In this document: piece by piece, positions 18,347-27,643 of the stretch
Numbering within the stretch: position 1 is the stretch's first letter
Layout: each line of letters starts with the position of its first letter
NCBI GenBank assembly: GCA_003601795.1
Contig: PIXU01000001.1
Location: forward strand, 1-29,459
Source: Candidatus Methanophagales archaeon
GTDB lineage: Archaea; Halobacteriota; Syntropharchaeia; Alkanophagales; Methanospirareceae
DNA length: 29,459 nucleotides
Direction of reading: 5' to 3'
Position numbers and translations under genes: made by a program
Notes under the pieces: model-generated
Seen by the model: the letters and a program-made list of their open reading frames with translations, nothing else
Databases searched by the model: none
What the model was told of the DNA's origin: nothing

Positions 18347-18727
18347 CTATTCCATATACCTCTTCATCAAATCTTTTACGTGTAACACTTCCTCCTCTGT
18401 GGGCTCTATCTCCGCATCTATACCTTTATACTGGGGCATACCGGCGCCGTGTGTATCTCCGCTCACAACAGCATTTGCCCAGGGACCCATAGGAATAAAA
18501 ATAACCCCTTCTGGAGTCCCCTCTTTTCCCTTTGCTCGCACCACCACCTCTCCATAACTCGTTTTAACCTTCACCGAGTCACCTCCAGTCACACCCAGTT
18601 TCTCCATATCTGCTTTGTTCATCTCGCAGGTTGCCACTTCACTGAAGTATTCCTCCGAAAGCTTGTTGTCTAAATTTTGACCCTGCACGATTGTTCTCCC
18701 ACTTATCAAGTTTACTTTTGTCCCCAT
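18347..18727 (-). CDS. fwdD: Formylmethanofuran dehydrogenase subunit D
   Basis: LISGRTIVQG, IFIPMGPWAN, GMPQYKGI. Confidence 0.95.
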   Translation of the reverse strand: MGTKVNLISGRTIVQGQNLDNKLSEEYFSEVATCEMNKADMEKLGVTGGDSVKVKTSYGEVVVRAKGKEGTPEGVIFIPMGPWANAVVSGDTHGAGMPQYKGIDAEIEPTEEEVLHVKDLMKRYME

Positions 18728-18758
18728 TTTTTATCAGATTTTTATTCATACAAATGGA

Positions 18759-18774
18759 TATATAAATCTTTCGG
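18759..18774 (-). promoter_or_regulatory. BRE plus TATA box of the fwdDBAC operon
   Basis: Minus strand reads CCGAAAGA-TTTATATA, ending 32 nt upstream of the fwdD ATG. Confidence 0.65.
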
Positions 18775-18939
18775 TATTCTTTCCCTCGTTACACTAGGTT
18801 CACGAAGTTCACGTAACCTCTTTCCCGGGATATGGATCCTTAGAGGGCACGTCCTTTGAAGGTGGAACGCCATCATGAACAGAATACAAAAAGAAACTTT
18901 AACTTCTTTTATTTTTTTATTATTTCTTGTGGTAATAAA

Positions 18940-19698
18940 ATGCTGGAAATAAAAGATTTGACTGTGGAAGTGGAAGGGAAGGAAATTATAAATGATTTAA
19001 CCCTCAATATCGAACGAGGAGAGGTGCATGTTTTATTTGGACCTAATGGCTGTGGAAAAACGACGCTTCTGATGACGATATTAGGGCTTCCTAATTATAA
19101 AGTCAGAAAAGGGAGTATAACGTTTAAAGGTGTTGATATAACTGATTTGCCGACAAACGAACGCGTGAAATTAGGAATGGGCATATCCTTTCAGCATCCA
19201 CCTGAGATAAGAGGTGTAAAGCTCGGCGATATGGTGAATATTGCACAGGGAAGAAAAGAAGGGAAAATAGATGGGGACGTGATCGAACTAGCGAAAAGGC
19301 TTAATATATCGGTTGAGTTCTTGAACCGGGATGTGAACCGTGGCTTTTCCGGCGGGGAAGTCAAAAGGTCGGAGATACTACAACTGCTCGCACAATCTCC
19401 GGACTTCATTATGTTCGATGAACCAGACTCTGGCGTGGACATTGAGAACATAGAGCTCATAGGCGGGATAATAAGTGAGCTTCTGGATAGAAATAAGATG
19501 CCGAGTAAAAGAAAGAAAGCAGGGCTTATAATTACTCATAGCGGGTTTATAATGAGGTACATAAAGGTAGACCGTGCACATGTGATGCTTGGAGGACGGA
19601 TAGCATGCTCTGGGATGCCCGACGAGATAACAAGGAACGTTATGGAGAATGGTTTTGAAAAATGTGTAGAGATATGTAGTAATGTAGGTACTGTATGA
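18940..19698 (+). CDS. sufC: Fe-S assembly ATPase SufC (SmsC-type)
   Basis: GPNGCGKT, FSGGEVKRSE, FDEPDSGVD, IITHSG, C-terminal CVEIC. Likely start is the ATG at 18940. Confidence 0.93.
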   Translation: MLEIKDLTVEVEGKEIINDLTLNIERGEVHVLFGPNGCGKTTLLMTILGLPNYKVRKGSITFKGVDITDLPTNERVKLGMGISFQHPPEIRGVKLGDMVNIAQGRKEGKIDGDVIELAKRLNISVEFLNRDVNRGFSGGEVKRSEILQLLAQSPDFIMFDEPDSGVDIENIELIGGIISELLDRNKMPSKRKKAGLIITHSGFIMRYIKVDRAHVMLGGRIACSGMPDEITRNVMENGFEKCVEICSNVGTV

Positions 19699-20915
19699 CC
19701 AAAAAAGATATAATTGAACGTGCGGAACGTGCAAAGGCGAAAAAAGCAGCTTTAGGCAAAGACATAGTAATTGATAACTATGTTACTGGGAAGGAGCACG
19801 ATACACTCCACTCACTAGACGAATTTCCGGCAGAATACCTGCAAGACCTGCTCGACGCAGGTATTGAACCTACAGAAAAAGACAGGGCAGGTTCTTTTTT
19901 ACAGCGAGACTGTTCTGTGGTGTTTTCAACGGTGAAATATCCAGGTCTGGAGCTCATGAGTACGACGGATGCATTAAAGGAACACAATTGGCTAAAAGAT
20001 TATCTATGGAAGGCAGTTCCCGTGGATATGGATAAATACACTGCAGAAGTCGAATTAGAGCAGACACATGGCTATTTTATAAGATCAGAAGCGGGCAAAA
20101 AGGTAACGATGCCGGTGCAGTCCTGTCTGTTCATTACCACCAATAAAATCGGGCAGAAGGTGCATAACATCATAATTGCCGAGGAGAACTCGGAACTGCA
20201 TATCATTACCGGCTGTTCTGTGTCACACGCAGTCAATTCTGCACTTCATCTCGGCGTTTCTGAGTTTTACGTTAAGCGCGGTGCGAAGATTACTTTTACC
20301 ATGATACACAACTGGAGTCGTGGTATGGAAGTCAGACCAAGAAGCGCAGTAGTAATAGAGGATGATGGCACCTTCATCAGCAACTACATCTTAATGACAC
20401 CTGTGAAATCGCTCCAAATGTATCCAACCGCGTATTGCAGGGGTAGAAACGCAAGGGCAACATTTCAGACTATTGTCTATGCTCCAGGAGATACAAAAGT
20501 AGATTTGGGGTCAAGGGCTGTGCTTCAAGGGGAAGGCAGCAAGGCTGAGATTATATCGAGGGCAATTGCTACCGACAATGCGGAGGTCATTGCACGCAGT
20601 GATGTCATCGGTGAAGGTGCGAATGCAAAAGGGCATATCGAATGCCGGGGATTGATGCTTTCTGATACCGCAGAAATAGATTCGATTCCTGAGCTCAAAG
20701 CAACACGAAAAGACCTCGACCTTTCGCATGAAGCTGCGGTGGGTAAGATAGCAGAGGAGGGGATTCAATACCTGATGGCAAGAGGTTTGAGCAAGGAGGA
20801 AGCTACTTCGGTGATTATACGAGGATTTTTGAATGTGGACATCACAGGTCTTCCGGATGCGCTTGCGCGGGAGATGAAGAAGATGTTTGATATGAGTCTG
20901 GAGAAGGTGATGTGA
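19695..20915 (+). CDS. sufB: Fe-S scaffold SufB/SufD family (SmsB-type)
   Basis: HNIIIAEENSELHIITGC, HLGVSEFYV, GHIECRGL, PEL...LSHEAAVGKI, YLMARGL. ATGA overlap with sufC. Confidence 0.92.
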   Translation: MTKKDIIERAERAKAKKAALGKDIVIDNYVTGKEHDTLHSLDEFPAEYLQDLLDAGIEPTEKDRAGSFLQRDCSVVFSTVKYPGLELMSTTDALKEHNWLKDYLWKAVPVDMDKYTAEVELEQTHGYFIRSEAGKKVTMPVQSCLFITTNKIGQKVHNIIIAEENSELHIITGCSVSHAVNSALHLGVSEFYVKRGAKITFTMIHNWSRGMEVRPRSAVVIEDDGTFISNYILMTPVKSLQMYPTAYCRGRNARATFQTIVYAPGDTKVDLGSRAVLQGEGSKAEIISRAIATDNAEVIARSDVIGEGANAKGHIECRGLMLSDTAEIDSIPELKATRKDLDLSHEAAVGKIAEEGIQYLMARGLSKEEATSVIIRGFLNVDITGLPDALAREMKKMFDMSLEKVM

Positions 20916-21005
20916 AGAGAGCCAGCAATTTTATTTGGTCAACCTTTTGCCCTGATTTGATGATTGATTTTGATTTTATTATCTTACTACCTACTAATCT
21001 ATGTC

Positions 21006-22574
21006 ATGAACATCATTTTCACTGAGTACGGAAAAAAAGCCGAACTTGTTGAGGGGAGGACCATACTGTCTTATTTGCAGGAGTTGGGGATAGACATAAA
21101 TGCATCATGCGGCGGTGAGGGAAAGTGTGGGCAGTGCCAGGTCGAAGTTAAGTGTGCCCCTGGAGCTCTCTCGGAGAGGACCGAAGCAGAGAACAAATTT
21201 GTACATGACGATACGCACCGCCGCCTTGCCTGCCAGGCAAGAATATTAAGAACCGACAGCCATATTTACATCAGACTCCGAAGAAGAACCTACTACGTTT
21301 TAGAATCTGGGGATTATAAAGAAATCGCTCTTGAGCCTTTCGTGCATGTGGAGGGAGAAAGGGTTTTTTGCGAGTCAGAAGATATAGGCAAATATACAGG
21401 AGAAATATATGGCATCGCTCTTGATATAGGGACAACAACGCTTGCCACGTATTTAATTGACCTTGAGAGCGGAGAAGTGTCTTCTGTTATATCAAGAGAG
21501 AATCCGCAGACAAAATACGGAAACAATGTAATTTCAAGGATAGAATTTGCAAGAAAAGGACAGGGCATACTGGAAAGAGAAATCAGAACAGCGGTAAACA
21601 AAATGATTACAACCTTGACAGACCCTGGCAAGGTCTATGAGATGGTGGTCGTGGGCAATCCGGTAATGAGAGACTTGTTTTTTGGCTACCCTGTCGAGTC
21701 GCTAGGCAAAAGCCCTTACGAACCCCTGAGTACAATGCCGCTAACCAAAACCGCAAAAGAACTGGGACTCGTGGTAAATCCTGATGCGCGGGTTTATGGT
21801 CTACCCCTGATAGGAAGTTTTGTCGGTGCTGACGCGCTTGCAGTCGTGCTTGCAACGGAGATGTACAAAAACCAGAGTATATCCATGGCAATAGACATCG
21901 GGACCAACACAGAAATCGTGCTCGGGAACCGAGACAGATTGATTGCAACATCCTGCGCAGCGGGTCCCGCATTTGAAGGCGCCGGCATAACATGCGGTGT
22001 AGGTGGCGTAAGCGGGGCGATAAAAGAGGTGAGAATAGAGAATGGAGAAGTTAAGTATAAAACGATTGATGATGCCGCACCTGTTGGAGTTTGCGGTTCT
22101 GGGATAATCGACACATTGGCTGAACTTCTGGACAAGAAAATAATTGATGGTAGAGGCAAGTTCTATGGCGGGGAGAAACGATTTAGAATAGCCGAAAGAA
22201 TTAGTCTCTCGGAAGAGGACATTGACCAGTTAAATCTCGCGAAAACTGCTGTTTCGGTAGGCATAAAGGTCCTATTGGAGAGATATGGGATCGCTCTTGA
22301 AGAGATAGATAACATCTTTCTGGCAGGTGGTTTCGCAAACTTTACAAACACTGAGAATGCGATCCGTATAGGACTCCTCCCAGATGTTGAGCGGGAAAGG
22401 GTGAAAAAAGTAGGAAATGCTGCAATAGAAGGAGCAAGGCAGGCGTTGGTATCAAAGACGAAGCGCGAAGATGCAGAAGCCATTGCAAAGCGAATCGAGC
22501 ATATAAAACTTGAAGAAGAAGAGAATTTTATGGAATTATTCGTCACTGAGCTTTATTTTCAGCAGTATCTTTAA
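21006..22574 (+). CDS. RACo/RamA-like ASKHA ATPase with an N-terminal [2Fe-2S] domain (reductive activator of corrinoid proteins)
   Basis: CGGEGKCGQC...RLACQ, ALDIGTTT, IDIGTNTEI, CAAGPAFEG, GVCGSG, LAGGF, VGNAA. Confidence 0.88.
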   Translation: MNIIFTEYGKKAELVEGRTILSYLQELGIDINASCGGEGKCGQCQVEVKCAPGALSERTEAENKFVHDDTHRRLACQARILRTDSHIYIRLRRRTYYVLESGDYKEIALEPFVHVEGERVFCESEDIGKYTGEIYGIALDIGTTTLATYLIDLESGEVSSVISRENPQTKYGNNVISRIEFARKGQGILEREIRTAVNKMITTLTDPGKVYEMVVVGNPVMRDLFFGYPVESLGKSPYEPLSTMPLTKTAKELGLVVNPDARVYGLPLIGSFVGADALAVVLATEMYKNQSISMAIDIGTNTEIVLGNRDRLIATSCAAGPAFEGAGITCGVGGVSGAIKEVRIENGEVKYKTIDDAAPVGVCGSGIIDTLAELLDKKIIDGRGKFYGGEKRFRIAERISLSEEDIDQLNLAKTAVSVGIKVLLERYGIALEEIDNIFLAGGFANFTNTENAIRIGLLPDVERERVKKVGNAAIEGARQALVSKTKREDAEAIAKRIEHIKLEEEENFMELFVTELYFQQYL

Positions 22575-22607
22575 GCTTCTTTATTTTTTCACGATTTTTA
22601 GTTAGGA

Positions 22608-22784
22608 ATGCATAAGATAGAAGTAAAGACGCTGGTAGAGTTGCTGAGAGGCGGTTTTTTGCCGACTTCTTATGTTCCGCCGAAGGATATAAGGGCATGC
22701 AGGACTGGTTCCTATGCCCTTCGATGGATACTCACAGAAGCAGCGCGAGTCTACGTGCAGTGGTGTCCAAATAGCAAGAGGTGA
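22608..22784 (+). mobile_element. Internally deleted IS110-family transposase remnant
   Basis: Translates HKIEVKTLVELLRGGFLPTSYVPPKDIR (end of the IS110 DEDD domain) fused in frame to GSYALRWILTEAAR (late C-terminal domain motif). Not in the ORF track. Confidence 0.7.
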
Positions 22785-22982
22785 TTAGGATTTATGAAGA
22801 ATTGATTTCGATTGGCAGAATCGAAAAGAAAAAGGGTGGTTACGAGCTCGTTGCAGGAGGAGACAAGAAACTTTATAGGCATAGGATACCTTGCAAAATG
22901 GTCCTATCCTGAACTCTTTACAGAGTTAGATTCGAAAGTGGTTCATCAAGAATACCTGACAAGATTCCTTTGGTAAAGCTTT

Positions 22983-23022
22983 TCTTCAAGCCCTTACAGG
23001 GTTTGCGGGGTCGTGTGGGCAC
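22983..23022. CRISPR. Solitary CRISPR-repeat-like sequence (not a confirmed array)
   Basis: TCTTCAAGCCCTTACAGGGTTTGCGGGGTCGTGTGGGCAC has a CCCT-TAC-AGGG hairpin and a near-GTTTCAAT end, like 37-nt type I-D/III repeats. No faithful second copy and no cas genes. Confidence 0.35.
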
Positions 23023-23274
23023 CCAGCGCTTCAAACACGCCTCTACCCGGATAATATTTGTAGGGGTCGTAACCAAGGATTGCAAGATGTGCAGTATCAC
23101 TTCCAGGCACTATCCCAGGTGATATTACATCCATCAGCCCATTTATTCCCGCTTTGCTTATTTCATCTAAGTAGGGCGTTTCCGCAACTTGTAAGGGCGT
23201 CTTTCCATCCAACGGCAACGAGGGACGATCTCCGAGACCATCGCATATCACCAGTATCACTTTATTTTTACCAT
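23017..23274 (-). pseudogene. apgM: 5' fragment of the archaeal BPG-independent phosphoglycerate mutase
   Basis: LVICDGLGDRP...GKTPLQVAETPYLD...PGSDTAHLAILGYDPY..YPGRGVFEALG, then abrupt loss of similarity at about 23017. The ATG at 23274 is out of frame by one missing A. Confidence 0.85.
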
Positions 23275-23699
23275 AGCCAGGTTTTTGTGCTCATTGTTGT
23301 TTATCTTATTAACTATAATAGTATCAAATGACACTTAGTGGTTATCCCTATCATCCCTATTCTCCTTCTTACTATTTAAATGTAAATGCATACTTTCAGG
23401 GTAGTATGTCCTGATAATCACCAGATATTCATCCACAAGGGAAGTAGTCAATCGCGTGAGCCGTGGCAGATGAATATTTACCGAATGAGCTCCCGGAGGT
23501 GGGGATAGCGATAGTACCAGAGATACACAATGACCTTCTGCTGGACCTTCCACGCATTTTGAAAGATGCGGGCAAGCATGGAGAAAGACCCTGAGCTTGG
23601 CGACACGATATTGCACAGAGCAGGGTATATTATCAGGGAAGCGGTGGACAAAGCACTGCGCTAATTTGTTAGGGATGATGACATGCTCGGTATCGTTCA

Positions 23700-24246
23700 G
23701 GAATCTCGAAGAGCTATGGTGGCTTTCCAAAGACCCTCATCCAAAAGCAAGTAATTGGAATGTCTTGCAGCCATACAGTAAGAGTATGAAACAATTATTC
23801 AAAAATGGATACAAAGCTAAACTTCGCCCCAGTGGACATCAGATATCTACTAAGTTTAATATAGAGCATAAAAGTGCAACCCTTCTAATTTGCTTCAAAT
23901 CGCAAACACCGAGAGTAATAGTCTGTTTTTGCGTCTCTGTCGTCAAACAGGCATAAAGCCACATCCCGCAAGATACCCTGCGGGTCTACCAGAATTCTTC
24001 ATCAAAATGCTAACTGACGAAGGCGATCTTGTAGTTGACCCGTTCGCCGGTTCTAACGTCACGGGTGAAGTTTGTGAGCGCCTTAAGCGCCGCTGGATAG
24101 CCTTTGGTATTGTTGAAGAGTACTTAGAAGGATCAAAGTTTCGTTTCAATAAATTTTGTGTGGGTAACAAGGTTGGGCAAAGTGACCTGGAAGGCTTTTT
24201 CTCGCAAGGAAAAAATTTGGGAAGGGGAAATGAGAAGAAAACTTGA
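23700..24246 (+). pseudogene. C-terminal half of an N4/N6 DNA methyltransferase (beta class, M.PvuII-like), frameshifted
   Basis: WWLSKDPHPKASN..VLQPYSKSMKQL.KNGYKAKLRPSGH, frameshift near 23880, then NLLQIANTESNS..HPARYP..LPEFFIKMLTDEGDLVVDPFAGS. The catalytic SPPF/DPPY half is not seen. Confidence 0.82.
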
Positions 24247-24321
24247 ACGCGACTATGCGGTGCCTAACATTTCCGCTTCAAATTTGGAAGCGGGAAGCGG
24301 AGGGACAAAAAGTGGAGGGGA

Positions 24322-24495
24322 TTACACCGCATGATCCAACTGAACATACAACTGCCGGTCCTTGAAATTCTTCAACGACATCGCACCCGAGGGGCAATAA
24401 GAAGCGCAACTTCCACAACCTATGCAGCCATGTCCGACCTTCGCAACCTTCTTTGTCCCGCTACTACCGTCGCCACTGTAAATAACCATAGGCAC
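24322..24495 (-). repeat. Diverged second copy of the 3' end of the hdrA-like gene (matches 28719..28895)
   Basis: Translates ...GTKKVAKVGHGCIGCGSCASYCPSGAMSLKNFKDRQLYVQLDHAV*. By hand count 117/138 nt are identical over the last 46 codons, with a 29-bp perfect core (24377..24405 = 28774..28802). Confidence 0.95.
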
Positions 24496-24774
24496 TCATT
24501 CACTTTCCACTCTTTTTATGAAATCCACAATCTCTTCACTCCTTGCTGAATTCAACGATACCGTAGCACCTCTTTTATAAAGGGTTAAATAGCGCTCATT
24601 AACCAAATCCTTTACGATTCCCTCAATTCTTTTACCGTTTCTTACCTTTTTACTGAACCAGTTAACTAAAGTATCCAGAGGGAAATAGTATCCGCCCCAT
24701 CTTCCCTTCTTTAGCAGAAATTCTAATATAGCAGCCTTAAGCTGTAAGTCGCTTAGCTTCTTATATCTATACAT
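24496..24774 (-). CDS. Small basic hypothetical protein, probable winged-helix fold
   Basis: Intact-looking 92-aa ORF. The pattern ILEFLLKKGRWGG...VKDLVNERYL...VSLN resembles small archaeal hypothetical proteins. Confidence 0.6.
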   Translation of the reverse strand: MYRYKKLSDLQLKAAILEFLLKKGRWGGYYFPLDTLVNWFSKKVRNGKRIEGIVKDLVNERYLTLYKRGATVSLNSARSEEIVDFIKRVESE

Positions 24775-24853
24775 CGTACATTTATAGAACTTTGAAGCAA
24801 AAAATATAAATACTCAGTATATCAATAAATAACTTAACTATGGGAGGAAGAGA

Positions 24854-25183
24854 ATGGCAAATGAAGTAAGATATAGCGATACTGGACAATCCTTATTAAT
24901 TAAAGCACTGGGTTACTCGCCTAAGCTAAGAATAATTGATATCTTTTTAACCAATCCCTTTTTTGATTTCAGCAAAGAAGAACTGGCAAGGGAACTGGGG
25001 ATGAGCAAACAAACGTTATACAAGAACTTTTATGACTTAGAAGAGCTTGGAATAGTTATGATTTCCAGGAAGATAGGACGAGCCACGCTATATAAAATAA
25101 ATAAGCATCATCCTTTAATAAAAAGTTTAAATGAAATGATAACAGAAATGTCGCTTCAAATTGGGATAAACTTGAAAGAATGA
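24854..25183 (+). CDS. Winged helix-turn-helix DNA-binding protein (ArsR/TrmB-like)
   Basis: SD GGAGG. LGYSPKLRIIDIFL...SKEELARELGMSKQTLYK...LEELGIV...RKIGRATLYKIN. Confidence 0.85.
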   Translation: MANEVRYSDTGQSLLIKALGYSPKLRIIDIFLTNPFFDFSKEELARELGMSKQTLYKNFYDLEELGIVMISRKIGRATLYKINKHHPLIKSLNEMITEMSLQIGINLKE

Positions 25184-25207
25184 ATGAGGTTTTTAAAGCG
25201 ACACTGA

Positions 25208-25313
25208 CCGCAAAAAAGCAACAGATTCGGAAATGCTGGAGAATGGAATCCTGCTCGGATATAAAGGAGAAGAACTTGTTGGTATAACTGTATTGGAGGC
25301 TTCTAAGAGGTGA
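25208..25313 (+). pseudogene. C-terminal fragment of a DUF2283-like protein
   Basis: KATDSEMLENGILLGYKGEELVGITVLEASKR*, with no N-terminus. Confidence 0.65.
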
Positions 25314-25379
25314 AACGATACAGAAGAAAAAAAGTTTTTATGGATTGTTGCAAAAATGAATCATTGAGGGATAAACGAA

Positions 25380-25538
25380 ATGGAGAGTATATTTACCGCA
25401 ATTTTTGATAAGGTTGATGATAGGCATATCGGGTATGTCGAAGAATTACCAGGTGCGAACACACAAGGCAAAACGCTTGACGAAGTCCGTGAGAATCTTT
25501 ATGAAGCTATCGAGTTGATGTACGTTCATCATATTTGA
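25380..25538 (+). pseudogene. hicB: HicB-family (UPF0150) antitoxin, 3' truncated
   Basis: MESIFTAIFDKVDDRHIGYVEELPGANTQGKTLDEVRENLYEAIELM, then unrelated sequence. No hicA seen. Confidence 0.8.
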
Positions 25539-25929
25539 GAGCCATCCTGACCTTGATGTTGTCGAAAGGCGATACAGCACTGGTGATGAAGAGATTGATC
25601 TAATCGTCAAGAATAACCTGTCCAAACCCTTTTGGCTAGGTCTTTCGTCACCTATGTTTTTTGTTGAGTGTAAGAACTGGCAAAAAGCTGTCGGTGCTAA
25701 AGAGCTTAGGGACTTTGAATTAAAAATACAAAATCATCGCCCATTAGTTCGGTTGGGTTTCTTTGTCGCTCCTGGCGGCTTCTCCCGCGAATGTATCACA
25801 GAACTTCACCGTACCAGTCGAGATGAGTACGCAATAGTCTTACTTGATATGAAGGCGGTAAAACAGTTTGTAGAGGGTAGACTCAGCGTGCCAGATTGGC
25901 TTGAAGAGAAAATATGTCAACCAGTATAA
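25522..25929 (+). pseudogene. C-terminal Mrr-like/PD-(D/E)xK restriction endonuclease domain, 5' truncated
   Basis: Frame open from 25522: ...DEEIDLIVKN...FFVECKNWQKAVGAKELRDF...GFFVAPGGFS. Confidence 0.75.
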
Positions 25930-25932
25930 AAG

Positions 25933-27209
25933 ATGTGTAACATGACCGTGATAAAATCACTCACAGAGCTAAAAGACCCAAAAATATCCGAAGTCGGCGG
26001 TAAAGGGTATTCATTAGCTGTGCTCATCAATAATGGTTTCAATGTTCCTCAAGGTTTTGTTATTACATCTGATGCCTTCTTCAAATTTATAAAGTATAAT
26101 AACATAATAGAAAGGATAGAAAAATTAGCATCTGAGATTGATGAGAATAACTTTGAGAAAAAGAGCAAAGAAATTAGAGGCTTAATACTCGACGGAAAAA
26201 TGCCCGAAGATATAGCCTCAGAGATAGAAGAACACCTGAATAAGTTAACTGCGCAATATGTTTCTATAAGGTCATCTGCTGTAAGCGAAGATAGTTTAAA
26301 GGCTTCTTTTGCAGGGCTGCACGATACTTTTTGAATATAAAATCAGAGCTTGAGTTGGTTTTAGAAAACGTAAAGAAATGCTGGGCTTCTCTTTTTAATG
26401 ATAGAGCAGTAGTTTATCGCATAAGAAAAAAAATACCTCATTTGGATGGTATGGCGGTTGTTGTTCAAGAGATGATACCTGCTGATATTTCAGGTGTTGC
26501 CTTCACTGTTCACCCGGCAAAAGCGAAAGCTTTATTAATCGAGGCATCTTACGGTATAGGTGATATGATCGTGAGCGGCAAAGTAGAACCTGATGACTAT
26601 GTAGTTGATAGGGAAACATTAGAAATCATGGAGAAGAAAATTGGAAACAAGAATAAGATGAGCGTTTGTCACGGCGGACAGGTTGAAATTATAGAGGTTG
26701 AAAAAGAGCTTGCAGGAAGACAAGTTATACTCAATGAAAAAGTAGAAGAAATCGCTAAAATATGTTTGGATATAGAGAAAGTCTTTAATTACCCACAAGA
26801 TATAGAATGGTGTATTTCTAATAACAAAATATGGATACTTCAATCGAGAGCGATAACGACACCAGTAGCTCAAACAAAAAGAACTCCGGAAGAAAAAATC
26901 ATTTTAGAAGGAATTCCTGCAAGTCCCGGTATAGCCAAAGGCAAATAAGCCCACGTGAAGTTCATAAAATGGAAAACGGAGATATTTTATATAGTTACTG
27001 TCATGACAAATCCAATGTATGTGGTTGCAATTCAAAAGGCAAAAGCAATTGTTACCGATGTCGGTGGGATGATTTGTCATGCTGCTATTATCGCTAGAGA
27101 ATTAGGGCTTCCCTGTGTTGTTGGAACAGGAAAAGCCACAAAAATATTGAAAGATAATATGGAGGGAATTGTTGATGGCACAAAAGGAATCGTTTACTTA
27201 TCGGATTGA
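25933..27209 (+). pseudogene. PEP-utilising dikinase-like enzyme (ATP-grasp domain plus phospho-His domain), broken by at least three frameshifts
   Basis: VGGKG..L..L...GFNVPQGF, IRSSAVSEDS..ASFAGLHDT|LN, VQEMI, SGVAFT, PQDIEW, LQSRAIT, GIPASPGIAKG, TDVGGMICHAAIIARELGLPCVVG. Breaks at about 26330, 26945 and 26990. Confidence 0.88.
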
Positions 27210-27643
27210 CGATAGAATACTGGCCATTTCATCCAGTATTTCTAGATTCATTAGTTGCACCAATAGTTTTTGATGAACTTTTAAGAATTTTTGATATATT
27301 GGAGGGCAAAGGCTATACATTAACAGATATAGCTGAGATCCTAAAAAGTCCCACGAAAGTGGCAAATTATCAGTATTTATGGCCAATCAAAACCATCAAG
27401 AATATCTCTTATGAAAGGAAGTATGAACTTGCAAAATATTTCGTTAAACTCCTCGTAATTTTAAGGAATGGTGAGCCTTTCTGTGAAAAGGGGAGAAACT
27501 TAGCATGGTCAAGGAAATTATTATCTCAAAATGTTTCTAAATATCAAAAATATTTCATAGATACCCATGAAAACAAAGAAATGGCTGATTTATTATCAAA
27601 ACTTGAAGGACTATTAGTTTCATACGCTGAGACGCTATATTAG
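27206..27643 (+). CDS. Hypothetical protein coupled to the PEP-utiliser gene, probably 3' truncated
   Basis: TTG start overlaps the upstream TGA. The ORF ends exactly where the radical SAM fragment begins. No family recognised. Confidence 0.5.
   Translation: MTIEYWPFHPVFLDSLVAPIVFDELLRIFDILEGKGYTLTDIAEILKSPTKVANYQYLWPIKTIKNISYERKYELAKYFVKLLVILRNGEPFCEKGRNLAWSRKLLSQNVSKYQKYFIDTHENKEMADLLSKLEGLLVSYAETLY

Noticed and set aside
14528-18727. Absence of fwdF/fwdG as a novelty
   Set aside because: DBAC-only operons with ferredoxin subunits encoded elsewhere are common, and the rest of the genome is not visible.
18787-18818. GTTCACG direct repeat within GTTAC/GTAAC arms between fwdD and sufC, as an operator
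   Set aside because: Too short, and it matches no regulator consensus I can support.
18830-18875. Fluoride-riboswitch-like GATGGCGTTCCACC on the minus strand
   Set aside because: P1 and pseudoknot partners do not pair, it lies upstream of the fwd TATA box, and no fluoride exporter is nearby.
533-22546. Numerous 60-165 aa ORFs antisense to or out of frame within the long genes (e.g. 14742..15404, 12526..13035, 4460..4951)
   Set aside because: Shadow ORFs of well-supported genes, with no motifs.
23400-23690. Coding-like fragments (DEYLPNELPEVG...; MEKDPELGDTILHRAG...)
   Set aside because: They look like a frameshifted remnant but cannot be assigned.
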